Below, one piece after another: positions 1 to 64,000 of a stretch of 64,000 nucleotides of DNA (within the stretch, counting starts at the first letter, position 1; each line of letters starts with the position of its first letter). The DNA is from Amoebidium appalachense (Eukaryota; Protista; Ichthyosporea). The notes below the pieces were generated by a model, which had not been told where the DNA came from, made no database searches, and was given only the letters and a program-made list of their open reading frames with translations. The stretch lies in NCBI GenBank assembly GCA_963693365.1, contig CAVNZM010000001.1, positions 9,564,907-9,628,906 on the forward strand. The letters are read 5' to 3'. Both the position numbers and the translations under genes were made by a program.

Positions 1-33503
<33,503 letters not shown>

Positions 33504-34450
33504 AATTTATGTTTGCGCTCCTAGTAGTACTCTGACACCCACCTGAAATGATCATTACACTGGTTTCTGTTTCAAATTGTTTAATCATTCGGGGTGCGGG
33601 TGGGGTTTGAATTAATCTCGAGTTTGACTTTTGCGTAAATGCCGCTGTTTTTTCCCCCTTTCTTTCTTTCTTTCTTTCTTTCTTTTTTCTTCCTTTTTTT
33701 TTTTTTTTTTTTTTTGGGGGGGGGGGGGGGGGTAAGATATAATCGGGTATTTGACCAATTATGGCACGCCCCGCGCGGCGATATGCTATATATATAGATA
33801 ACTCTGTGGGTAAGTGTGCGATTTTAGGTTGGAGTATAGTTTCGTTTGCGGATGCTACATGACAAAGTTAAACTTCGAAAGTTGGGGCCAAGTTTAGGCA
33901 GTGTTGTAGCTTAGTGGTTACATGTTTGTTCGATAGTCATGGCATTGTACCTGAGCTTGGTAGAATGTGTTGTCCGTGTGAACTTTTATCATACTATCTT
34001 TCTGTCTTGCAGTACCGTATTTTTTGTTGCATTTTGGAAAATTTGTATACCTCGCAGTTTGTCAAACCACCCACCACACACACACACGTTCATGGTTGTA
34101 AAGGTCCCCGTTAGCCTAGTAAAATTACCACGTTATCAAGTAATTTGTTGGTTTTTGCCACCCATCAAAGGCCCTTTGCCATGACGGTTAAACAACTTGC
34201 CGTAGCGGCTATTTCATTTGCTTTCAATACATGCATGTTTTAATGCTCCGACACTGATGTCCAGAGCTCGCCTTTACTGCAATAAATGAATAAATCCTCA
34301 TGTGTGATACATACAGACATATGGAGTTGTATACCCGTGGTGGGTTTCGCCCAGGATCCCGGAATCCACCTCGGCACAAACATTGTCAAAACTAATAACC
34401 GACGAGCTTCGACCCTGCAGCCAACTTGGGTTAGACTGAAACAATGAAAC

Positions 34451-34493
<43 letters not shown>

Positions 34494-34641
34494 GAGGGGG
34501 GGTCACTGTGATCATCGTCGTCATAAGTTTTGTGGCCAATGAAAGGAATCTATCAAAAACGGTGACACGCAAGGATGTATCTGTCATATGCATTACTCGG
34601 TGGCAAAACTTAGTAAAAGCACTATACTGGTGACCCGTCCG

Positions 34642-34677
<36 letters not shown>

Positions 34678-34814
34678 AGTGAATGGCAGTTGAGAAGCAT
34701 GTCATGGGGCCCAAAGGGACACGGAGCGTAACAGATTGAAGGTGCTTGTTCATTTGAGCTGAACTTCCAACGGCTTAGAATAAGAATATTCCGCGGCCAA
34801 AAGCCTTTTTAAGT

Positions 34815-34899
34815 AAAGTATTCTGCAAACTCCGATTCGGAATTATTTTGCAAATTGCATACTATTAGCTAGCGGCGGATAGGAGAGGTATGGTCAACC

Positions 34900-34958
<59 letters not shown>

Positions 34959-35357
34959 ACACACACTCCACTCCACCCCCGGCCTCCCGCCGAAAGCAAC
35001 CCCTTATGTATGTAGTGTTCAGTGGATGGTGACTAGTTGGCAGCAGAAATGATTCAGTTCTCCGAGCGGAATTATTCTCAGACTGGCAGTGAATACTATA
35101 ATTATTCCGGCAGAACCCAGAATTACTTGCAGTTGGCAGAATGATTCCTTTATTCTGCAAAAAGTAGTATTATTTGCTTTTGGCAGAAGTATTCTGCAAA
35201 AGCTAATTTATTTGCTCAAGTTGACAGAATTATTCTCCAAATGCAGAATTATTCTGCTCTAAGCAGCCTGAATCAGTGTTCTGCATTACTAAATGAATTT
35301 TCCAGAGAGCAGGATTCCGACTCGAGCTCTACCACCTACTGAGGCGGTGTCTCCTTT

Positions 35358-35397
<40 letters not shown>

Positions 35398-35705
35398 TAA
35401 AAGGGACCGCCTGAGTAGATGTATAACGTCGCACGTGCGGCAACTTCGTCAGTACGTGTTAGACTCGAGCTCAGTGAAAAGTACCCTTGAAAGATTTCGC
35501 TCGTCGGACGGCAACAGAATTGACGTCGGTGACTTCAAGCGGCCAATTAAGGCTTGAGAATAATAATTTTATCTGCTTTTAGCAGAATACTAGGGACAGT
35601 CAGCTTTTAAAATTTAATAATAAATTTCTGCTCAGTTGCAGAATAATTCTGCTTTTGCAGCGGCTATGTTCTGGAAGTGCCGGAGAGCAGAATAATATTC
35701 TCAAT
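34815..35705. repeat. Cluster of palindromic GCAGAAT(T/A)ATTCTGC motifs, possibly subterminal repeats of a DNA transposon relic
   Basis: More than ten variants, e.g. ~35243 GCAGAATTATTCTGC and ~35638 GCAGAATAATTCTGC; no termini identified. Confidence 0.5.
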
Positions 35706-35959
35706 GCAGCTCAGTGGCAGTGCCACGGTATTTAGCTCAATCATTGAATTCAGCTCGCAGCTGCAAGTTGCCAGATATTTCTATTGTGGTTAATTGGGCC
35801 CTCCTTGGAGGCTCAGAGAGGCTCGTATACCGTCTCTGATGAAATGTGACGGATTCCGAACTCTCAGGTAGAGGCTCAGTCTCTCTTCACGGTCCCCCCC
35901 CCCCCCTCCCCCCCCCCCCTCCCTCATCCGAGGCTCCCCCCCCTCGGGTTCCCTCGAAC

Positions 35960-36960
<1,001 letters not shown>

Positions 36961-38681
36961 CCCAGCTCACAGTGACTGCAGTTTGAAGCCTCGAGCTCCG
37001 AACAGCCTCTCTAGGAGCTCTGATTTAAATCTCTTAGTCTCTCACTTGCACCCCCGCCCTCCTCGCGAAGGTCTGTGCATGGATGTGTGCCACGTGCACG
37101 GCGCAAACAAACAAACAAAAAACTTGAAAAAAAAAAAAAAAAAGAAAAGAAAATCTAACAAGATATGCGCATGCTAAAATTCGGCACTATGAAGCCATTC
37201 CCGGTGTCACTGTGTGTTGCAATTGGAGTGTTTATCATCATTAATATTGGTCCGTGACGTCGACCCCCACGCGCTTCACCCGTGTTCAGTGGCTGATGAC
37301 TCACTTATCAGAAGGTAGAATTTTGCGGCATCCGTGGGACCGTGGGTGGCCATGGCACTTAGGCAGCCTGGCACACGGTTGCACGTACCGCGTTGCACTG
37401 GCAGAGTCCAATCCTACGCGTGCACCCCATCAGTGGGCCATCACTGAGTGCCACTCACTGTGACGCCATGACCACAACCGTTGATGACCACGGCCTCGTA
37501 CATACCCAGCACGGCGCCACAAGTTTTCCCAACTCACACGGGGCACGTGTTTCGTGAGTGCCGGCCAGCTTATAAGCTTACTAATATTATTGCAACCTTC
37601 TACGTATACGGTAACTGTGTATACGTATAGGCAGTGGCTATAGAGAATCTGATTAGCAGTGACCGTCAATCTGTAATTATTATAAAATGACCATCGCACG
37701 AAGCTGAGTCTCGAGAGTCATCCAACCGCTAGTACTGCTTGAAGTTTCAACGGTAAGTTAATAAAGAGCATACAGTTTGACGATTGTCCCCTGGGGTCAG
37801 GTCCGACGTGGCACCCTAAGGGCCTTGCCATGATTCTAAAGAGCTGCTCAATAGCTACTTAGTCTAGTGCAATGAGAAGAACGTAGTGTCCCTGAACGGT
37901 TGCCCGGTAACAATGTTTATGCACTCTGGGTAATGTACGGCATCGAGGTGGGAGCTAGCCCTGGGTGAAGGAAATGTTTCGATCATCTGGAAATGTTGAG
38001 AAGAACAATGCAATGCTTGAAATGTGTTGATGTGGTGTTTTGCATGGTATTACGGCAGGCTGTGTTCGAAGGCTTGGAACACGCAAACGTCGGACTTTCG
38101 AAATTTACAACCAAACAACATCTGAACTTTATGAAAGTTTTATTACAAGGTCTGACCGTCACTGATTCAGACGACTTTTTAAGTCCATTAACCATAACAT
38201 AACATACAAGGGGAGTAAGCTGCTAAATACATCACAAACATTTTATATCTGTGAAGGTTGAAGAGACTAACAGTTCTTTACGAACTTCTGTGCCTCCCTT
38301 AAGATTCTCTGACAATATCAACCGACATAATATTATGCACACTGTTGAACGATGTTCCTCCCATCTGCCCCCAAGGCAGTGGCTCACGATATCTGCGTCA
38401 TAGTGATAATAATCTGAGATTCAGTACATCTGGTACATACCGTGTCTTTCAAACAGTCTCATTCATACATTCACGTCTCGTTTCGGCTATAATATTTCAA
38501 TCTTGCAGCTAGCAAGCAGCTAACTTGTGATCTCCTGCAATGATCGATGCTCTAAACAAGGACCCATCAAAAATGCCAACTACATGAGTATCAATGACAT
38601 AGCTGAGCACTGAGTTTCATCGGTATATCATATCGGCATTGGCAGAGCCTCACAACGTCTCGTGCTTATAGGGTGAATTGG

Positions 38682-39518
38682 TCACGCACTACGCATACGC
38701 TTCTGAACATTCCTCCCTTCCTCGTGCTCCCGCTCGAACGTATCCACTCCACCATCCACCTCAGATGCCATGGCAGAGCCCAACGTTCTCTTGCAACTCG
38801 CAGAAATCCTCAACTTTCCATCTTCATCCACCGCATGATCATGAACCCTGTCAAGATCGTCACTTTGTTGGTCGGGTGTAAGCGGTGGCGTGGGAAAAAC
38901 GTTCGTCACAACCCCCTGTCCCTCATTCGTATTTCCTTGTCGCGTATCCCCTGGCAGAGATGCAGGCGCCGGCGCTTGTGTGGCAATGCGAGAGGCAACA
39001 TGCCACATCAGAACGACCGGGTCTTGCTGGTAGTTTTTGAGCCGGATTTCAAACTCACCACTAGGGATGAGTAGTCTATAGTCCAGTGCGCGTAGTACGG
39101 CAATTTCCATGGCGTGCAGTAGTTTCGGGGACATTCCGGAACACTCCACCCATGCTCCGGCATCAACATGCTCATCCTCGACAAACTTTTGGGCAAGGAG
39201 TAGGCACGCAGTAATGAGACAGTGCCCACAACTGATGCTCAACACCGCCGATGCCCTTTCTGCATACAGTAGTGCATGAAGTAGAATGTGGTGGCCCAGA
39301 GAGAGCCGGCCGAGGAATCCATAAAGGTAGTCCGGGAGGCCACATCGGGCGTTGATGCACAAAGTGACGCCATGGGCTGTGGAATCGACAGAGTGCCGAC
39401 GCAGAAACGACACAAGGGGACCTTTGCTATGATGAGCGTAATTCTCCATAATTATTCTTTGGGCATTGCTAGCGACTGGGGTGGCGGCGGCAGACTGTTT
39501 GCGGCACATCTTCGCCAA
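38682..39518 (-). CDS. Pho80/Pcl-type (cyclin P/U-like) cyclin, intronless, 278 aa
   Basis: Cyclin-box pattern ILLHALLYAER...LITACLLLAQKFVEDEHVDAGAWVECSGMSPKLLHAMEIAVLRALDYRLLIPSGEF; non-repetitive ORF; the listed start is TTG, so an internal ATG may be the true start. Confidence 0.85.
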   Translation of the reverse strand: MAKMCRKQSAAATPVASNAQRIIMENYAHHSKGPLVSFLRRHSVDSTAHGVTLCINARCGLPDYLYGFLGRLSLGHHILLHALLYAERASAVLSISCGHCLITACLLLAQKFVEDEHVDAGAWVECSGMSPKLLHAMEIAVLRALDYRLLIPSGEFEIRLKNYQQDPVVLMWHVASRIATQAPAPASLPGDTRQGNTNEGQGVVTNVFPTPPLTPDQQSDDLDRVHDHAVDEDGKLRISASCKRTLGSAMASEVDGGVDTFEREHEEGRNVQKRMRSA

Positions 39519-42470
39519 CTCGGCAGCTTTTTAACAAAGTGGCAAACTGCTACGCTAGCCTAACTTAAAGGCGGATGTCTATTCAAGGCTAGCCTAATCC
39601 TAAGGAGCCACGACGTAGGAGACAACCCGGCTCAGAAGCCTTCTCTATATGTCACGGTGTGTCTGACTCGGGCAAGATTCATTCCACAACAGATCAAGCG
39701 CCAAGTGAACTCAGAACCTAACAGAATCTGACGTATGTATGATTATGTCTACCGGTTAGCCTGAGGCCGAGCCTTATTGTAGGTGACCCACCACGAAAAG
39801 CTAACGGTGTACGTACGTGTGAACTCAACACAAGGTATACGTAAGTGGGAATCACTTACAACTTGACGTTCACTGTAGGGCAGAAGCGCCTTATAAAGCG
39901 TCCAATGCAAGTGTCCAGAAAGTGTGTGGTGTTTTTATGGCACGTGCATGCGTGCAACAAGCGTCCCACGCCCCCCCCCCCGTCTGCCCGTGCACATGTG
40001 CCGTGGCAACTTGAAGTTCAGTCAACCAGTGGCCACGCGGGTTTTTGTAGGTATGGCAGCAATGATTGTGCGTTTCGCCATTTTTTCACGTAGCCCGCTC
40101 ACGCGGGTCTAACGACTTGTCCAGTCGGGAATGGTCTCCGGCCGGCACGTGCACGCGTGGGAACGTAGCTGCATGGTGAACCGTCCGCCAACAACGCAAA
40201 GGCTATTTTGGCAGATAAAGTTATCTCGGTAATGTTTTTTGCAATGGTGTCAGGGGGTCATAATCTGAAAACCCCCATATCGTTGTTGCCGGGCCGTTTG
40301 TTATGCGTGGGCGTCAGTTCTATAACATAGTAAATCGAACGCAACCCTATATTTAGTTTACAACCGATTTCCCTAAAAACTAATATATTTACTTTGAGAT
40401 ACGCTCAGGTTGGCATACATATTAGCTATTTATTAGCTACTCCTTGCTGCAGCTGCGGCAGGGCTCAAATATCAGTGGCCCGCCCGGCGTGCATGATGGA
40501 TTTCTCTATCTTGTTTTCGAATATCCAGTTCAACAAATCAGATAAACCAGGGCTAATCACTGGCATTTTACGCAAATTGATGGCTAACAACTGTCACGGG
40601 GAGCGCTTTCATTGGTAGGATATATGTCAGGGTGTGAAAATACCGCGCTGGTGTTGTAATTCTTTGGTAGATGCCTCACACCTCGGTGACCCAAATAGCG
40701 GCACCGACCGTCCCGACTCCCGAGGTTTATTTTCTCAAAAACTTTCAACTTTTCGGGTTATCGGTAGAAAAACCAGCAAGTGAATATCAAATGGCAAAGA
40801 AAGTTTGCTTGATTGTAGAGGCAGTTTTCTGGCCCTGAAAAGGTGCAGATAAATTTTTAGCTCCCACGAATTTGATTGGCTCAGAAAAACAATATGTTTC
40901 GTCCGGTTTTCAGATGTCCCGACTATTGAGTTGCAAAAGAGAACAAAGTCTTTTCTTCATTTGAATACGTTTTGAAAAATCAAAAGTTCGATTGAAATCT
41001 ACGTGTGATGATATTGGGGGAATCTCAATAACAAGTGATCACGTGTGTCACATCGGTATGTCGACAACCGTACTTTGTGGCGGGATGGAATGCATGTGAA
41101 AAATGCCACATAGTTGTATGGCACATATCACATGTGGCACAAATGGCACATAGCGCATGCCATGTGTCAAGAAGTGTAAGGAGGTGAACGTGAGCAACAT
41201 CGGGGACATCTGTGAGAGGGAGTGACTCGCGGCTGGAGAGGGGCAGAGGGGGAGCGAGAGTCTAAATAGATTTATTGACATTATGACAATTTTGATGGAC
41301 GTGTACATAGGTACTTTTATGTGATTGGAATCATTTCTTTCGCCTGCAGGTGAATGGGAGCTTGTACCGAGGGGGGAGGGGGGGGTTCGCTGGCTCGGCC
41401 ATGGAGAGCGCCAGCTTCGAGCTCGACCCGAGGTAAGCCTTATCAATAAACATGTGGGACTGGGACGTCCCATGAAGACAGGGTATGAAATTTGTCGTTG
41501 GCTAAATTTCATTAATGCCATTTGAGATATTTCCCCCTGCCACCAACCGTTTTTGGAGTTTCTTTTCTTTTTTTTTTTTTTTTGTTTATTTTGTTGGGTG
41601 TAGGGTAGGCTTCAAAAGTTAGGGATAAGTATCTACTTCTTAAAGCTTGAGGGACAATTTTTTGTGGTCACGAACCCACTAATTTCACAACCTGGTACAG
41701 CTGCATGACCACGCCCACATGGTGCATCATGATCGTATGTCCTACATAGAGGATTGAATTGCTCATATATACTTAACACCAAAAAAAAGAAATTAAAAAA
41801 CAAAGCGCTGGATATTGACCTCTATGAACAATGCCTGTGCATGCATAATATGACAAACGTAAGCACTGTACAGCGTCTTCCGGATCCATTGGCGCACGCT
41901 GCTCTGCCGATAGAAATGGAATTTAGCAATGACGTCACATTTGGACCGGCGTTGCAGCATGTCATTTTGAAATTTGGCCCGACGTCGATCGCGACGTTCC
42001 CTGTGCATGTGCACAAATATATATAGTAATTTTCATATACCTGAACATACATTATATACAAACACACACATACACCACATGTACACACACACACACACAC
42101 ACATACACACACACTGTTGCAGGCCTAGGGAGAGAAGAATGTGCTCTGATCTCCAGCACGTCGGCCATGGCCAGGCGAGGCGGTAGAGAGCCTCTACTAC
42201 TATATTATACTGTAGGGCTCACACGTACACGCGCTGCGATGAACTTTACGATTTTTCCTTACACTCTCGCGACCGCGTGCATGCTTTCTGTCGCGGCGCC
42301 TCGACGGTTCGATAGAGTCCAGTGCTCGCTGAATGTGTAAGGAAAAATAAGGAGCCATCTCAGTAGGTGGCAGACTGTAGGGCCACCGTGGTATCCATAC
42401 GTACAGCAAACAATTTGAATACTGTTCACGGCCATCTAGAAACACGTTTCTAGATGGCCGTGATACTGTA

Positions 42471-43000
42471 CTAAGGCGATTGGAGTTCATCCTTAAAGTT
42501 GCGACTAATAAGGCGTTTAGTTACACGAACAATGTGTGGCGAAACAGGAGCGGAAATTTGAATAACAATAAGCTTTCGGTCGGATGCAGTAGAAAGCGCA
42601 GCGTCGGAAAGCGGGGAAAAACGAACGGTTGACGCCCAAATAGAAGCACACCAGTCCGTACGATGTCGAGTAGCCTCAATCTGTGGAAGGCGATCGCGAA
42701 GGCAGCACGCATTAAAGAACTGCTGAATGGTACGAGCACGGCTATTGTAAGGACGGAAACCGGTGAGTGGAGTCGTAGAATGAGCCTGGGAAATCGGTGT
42801 AATAGAGAAAATGAAGTCACCGATGATTGCATGTGAACGGGAAAGTGACCGTAAGATATGATCGACCTCAGCATCCGAGAGTGAAGGTGGAAGGTAAACA
42901 AACGTGAATACCCGATCCTGATAAACAATGGAAACATGGAACTCCCCGGAATTGACCAATCGGCAATCAAATGCTACAGCCGGATTGGCTAATATGGCTA
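42471..43000 (-). mobile_element. Decayed apurinic-type endonuclease (EEP) domain of a non-LTR retrotransposon
   Basis: FVYLPP, AIIGDFI (for GDFN), RTDW (for RLD/ID) and ASDRK (for SDH) in the expected order; catalytic residues altered; no reverse transcriptase seen downstream. Confidence 0.7.
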
Positions 43001-44135
43001 TACCTCGGAAAATCCATGTCAAAAACAGTGAGAAAAAACAATTTGCACAGGTATTAAAACTCAGCCCCGCAGCTTGATAGGTTTCGGGGGCCGATACTTG
43101 CAGTTTCAAACATTTAGTCTATGGGCCTTAGTCTCTATAGCGCGCAAAAAACTTTTCGCGAAAAAAAAAAAAAAAAAAATCGAAAAAAAAAAAAAAAAAA
43201 CCGAAACGGTGGCTCGAACCAGCTCGACGAGACGCGTCGATTGCCGCAATAAATTTTTTTGGCCAATTTCGGACCCCAATCAATTCGGGTTGGGTCGAGT
43301 CATGCTTGGCCCGATCCGATCCGAAATAAACCGACCCGACCCGATTTGACCTGGCTCACTGCCCGCCGGTGCCTGGCCGGCTATGTTCAAGCTGGGTGCG
43401 AAGTCTTTTTTTCAGAGGGCCGTGGTGCGAAGAGTGTGTCTGTGTGTGTTTGCTCACCGTTTGTCGAGGGGGGCCTCTGAGGTGTCTGTGTATGTCCCAC
43501 ACGAGTATGCATATGGCCTGCCTAACACGTTCCACACACACCACGCACGAGCGAAGCCGCATGTGTTTGTATGTAAAATAGACGTGGTGGGGAAGGGGGA
43601 GTGAGGAGGGGGGTGACTTGCTGATTACATGCAAAACATGTAACAATAAACGTTTCCAAACGCATTGCACCTGTATGTCCCTTTGCACATCTGTTACAGT
43701 TCAGCTATCATTTTGCGTGCAGCCCAGCTGACGCGTGCACAAACTTAGGCGTAGTTAGGGTGGACGTTGACGTACTTGTCTCTAGCAAGTATATACTCAT
43801 ACTTCCACTTGCGATGCACAACCTGCGTGGGGGACAGTTGTGTAGCAGACTTTCCCACAAGGTCTCGCGCGTTCACCACTGTGTCATAAGCCGTCTTAGG
43901 GACATTGAGGTAGATGATGAACGCATCATCAATGCACAAACTTGACACCTCGCCCATGCCTGGAGAATCTGTGTCCGGGTAATATTTTACAAACTGCAAA
44001 TAATTCTTGTCGTGCGTTGCAACGCTGGTCATATTTCGTGCCTCCTCTATGCGAGCCATGGCCATTAGTAATAAGTTGGTCACTGGGCAAATCCACTGGC
44101 CCTTGTGAATCCTCAATGTTGCATGTCCCCCTAGG

Positions 44136-44234
<99 letters not shown>

Positions 44235-44504
44235 AAGGTACAGACATCGTGCACACACACACACACACACACACACACACCAGTGTACACACGTGCACAC
44301 ACACACACAAACACACACACACACAAACACACACACACATACGTGTCACACGGTGCACACACACACACACACACACACCAAGGTACAGACATTGTGCACA
44401 CACACACACACACACACACACACACCAGTGTACACACGTGCACACACACACACAAACACACACACACACAAACACACACACATACATGTAGACACACACC
44501 GTGT

Positions 44505-44563
<59 letters not shown>

Positions 44564-45093
44564 ACGGGGCCATAGTGCACGGTCACATGATGCACCTAAG
44601 TGGTCGGAAACTAAATTTCATGGTGGGGGTTCAAGCTGGGGGGTCCGATCGGAAAAGTGTGAATATCTCGAGAACGGAAAACTTTTTTGAAAATCTGATT
44701 CCGGAGACTGACCTTGGCTTGGCGAGCTGAGCATTTTGCACCCCATATTGATGGGTCTAATACCCCTCCTTCTATGTGTTACGGTTGGGCGGCCAATTTT
44801 GGCCTACATGTGAAAAATTTGATTTTCAACACAATTTTTCACCATGTTTTTGCTGTCAGAGAAAAAAAGTAACCGGGCACTTTTGAAGTGCACATGGGGG
44901 GTTTACGCTGTTTACTCGAGGCAAAGAGAACCAGTCTCAGGTATGGGGGGGGGGGGTTTTGCTCGGAATATCCCCTCAGCGGTATATCATGATCACGTAC
45001 ATAGATGTCGGGTGGTGACTATATATCAGGGTTTACTTTCTCTACGAGACACCATAAAGACTACAAGGAGAAATCAATTAGTTGGGGTTCCCC

Positions 45094-45149
<56 letters not shown>

Positions 45150-45182
45150 GGGCTCCCCCTCGGGACACTCGGTATCAGCTGG

Positions 45183-45233
<51 letters not shown>

Positions 45234-45891
45234 TGTGTGTGTGTGCGCGTGCGCTATAATTTTGTAGTGATGTGTTTCTCAAGCCAATCAATACATCTAA
45301 TAAACAGGTCGTAGTTACGCGTGTTTAGTATAAAATCAAGGATGTTGTAATTTACAGGTAGGCTATCTTTCTGGGTGTCTGTTGTGAATGTGACGTGTGT
45401 GTGTTGCGGTATTATGTGGTCTATCAAACTACATTTGGCGATACATGACCGGTTAAACTGGTGTGTGTGTGTGTTGTTTGGGCATGCAAATGATGCCACC
45501 TTATACTTATTAGATCTCCACTGTATAGCACGTGTACAGTAAAAGCGTGGTAATTGATCAATAATACCATCAGCTAGAGAATGCTATCATAATGGGTTGC
45601 CGTTTTCCTCGCCCCCCGACACTTCTAAGCTCCCTTTCCACGTTGAAATTTCCCGAATATCATGCTCCTTTCTCATACCACGATCGCTCAAAAAGGGGGG
45701 ATTTTGGACCGATCGATTTGCGAGCTATTGAGGCTAAGGCCCTTAGTCGAGTAGTCTATTGTAGAAAACAATTCTTTCCAAGCTTGCAAGTACTTCTGTG
45801 AAAACATTACTACGTGGCGAAACCCTTTACGCCATTCTTGCGGCAAAGCGGGCTTCCCTGCCTACCTGCTCACATAAAAAGCTAGAAGAGA

Positions 45892-61886
<15,995 letters not shown>

Positions 61887-61894
61887 GTGAGATA

Positions 61895-61944
<50 letters not shown>

Positions 61945-62134
61945 AAAAAACAAAAAAAACAAAAAAAAAAAAAAAAACAAGAATAATGATGATGATGATG
62001 ATGAAGATGATGATGATGATATATTCACACACATGCATGCATCCAGGCAGGCACGGACACAAGGACACACACAAACATGCAGACAGAGAATGGCCAGGAA
62101 AGGGGTAAATCACACAGGGGACCGGGTAGGGATT

Positions 62135-62184
<50 letters not shown>

Positions 62185-62189
62185 GAAAC

Positions 62190-62236
<47 letters not shown>

Positions 62237-62699
62237 ACGTGTGTGTGTGTGATGAAAGCAACAATCTATCACACACAGAGAAAAAGAGAGAGAAAGAGAG
62301 AGGAAAGAAAACAGCATGACATAGACTCCAGCGCTGCTCTATTTAGATCGATCGGCCCGAATATCGACTAGCCAAGCACATCTGGCTAGCGGCCCGCGCA
62401 TATCATACACCGGTATTTTCTCCAGTCTCGACATTGCCAGGAAAATATATAACCACAAAGAACGAATGGACAGCACCTGGAACCATCTTCCTTACACTGT
62501 CCGAAAGAACATTACATGTTGATCGAGTGCCTTCAAGCTGTACGTGAAGATAGTCTCTGTTCGTTAATATAAGCGTCGACCTATATAGGTTCTACGTTTG
62601 CCCCACGATCTTCAATCGCAAATTTCACTTGTTCGACGTCCTCTTTCTTATTTCTATCCAATACAGAAAACTCTACCACCCTTCTGTCCCTGTCTCTCT

Positions 62700-62751
<52 letters not shown>

Positions 62752-62779
62752 ACACCCCCACCCCCCCACCCATCCCCCC

Positions 62780-63480
<701 letters not shown>

Positions 63481-63684
63481 TTACCTTTAGGGCTCTCTAC
63501 TATTCAGACCATCCTCCATCCTCCCCTGCCCTCTCTCGGGCACCTTCTCCCCCTCCAGGTAACGGCCTACTAGTTTCAAGTGCCCCTATCACTCTTTGTG
63601 TTCCACACACACCATGACACACCCCCAAACCGACACACACCAACACCCATATACACGCACACACACACACACGCACACACACAC

Positions 63685-63776
<92 letters not shown>

Positions 63777-64000
63777 TCCCAGATCCCTGGTGGATTTCTT
63801 CCTACTACCCCCCTCCCCCCCCCTCTCCGAGACCACAGGCTAGGGGCTCTTTTAAAAAGCTTTAAGAAGACGTTGCAGATCCCTACGGGAAGGGTAGCAG
63901 AGAAAGGCCTCCTATGTACTAACATAGTTCAACGGTATATAAAAGGCCTTGAAGCAGGGAGGAGTGGGGCGGGAAGGAGGTGGGGGGGGGGGGGGGGGGG

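Noticed and set aside
40629-41040. Possible DNA-transposon end
   Set aside because: Resembles subterminal TE sequence but no TIR pair or TSD could be found
62330-62690. Possible coding remnant on the - strand or next FCHo exon
   Set aside because: Interrupted by stops and no diagnostic motif; could not be assigned

Overview
Eukaryotic nuclear DNA that is very intron-rich and full of poly-C/poly-G tracts and (CA)n, (GT)n and (CT)n microsatellites, so almost all ORFs in the six-frame track are artefacts. Manual splicing recovers three genes. (1) A glycogen debranching enzyme gene (AGL/GDB1), about 41 exons on the + strand from before base 1 to the stop at 33503. (2) An intronless Pho80/Pcl-type cyclin on the - strand (38682-39518). 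(3) An FCHo/muniscin F-BAR gene on the + strand from 45892, running past the window end. Mobile DNA includes two AGCA...TGCT elements with 9-bp target-site duplications (TSDs), one of which carries an AT-rich organelle-type tRNA cluster. There are also two TTAA-flanked MITEs, a decayed LINE endonuclease, and an abundant ~265-nt SINE-like repeat that sits in poly-C tracts and shows a covarying pseudoknot. Several AGL introns hold tandem decayed copies of their own splice junctions, and one copy of the catalytic-motif exon end differs only at synonymous sites. A unicellular holozoan (ichthyosporean-like) host is an inference only. All coordinates were read by eye.
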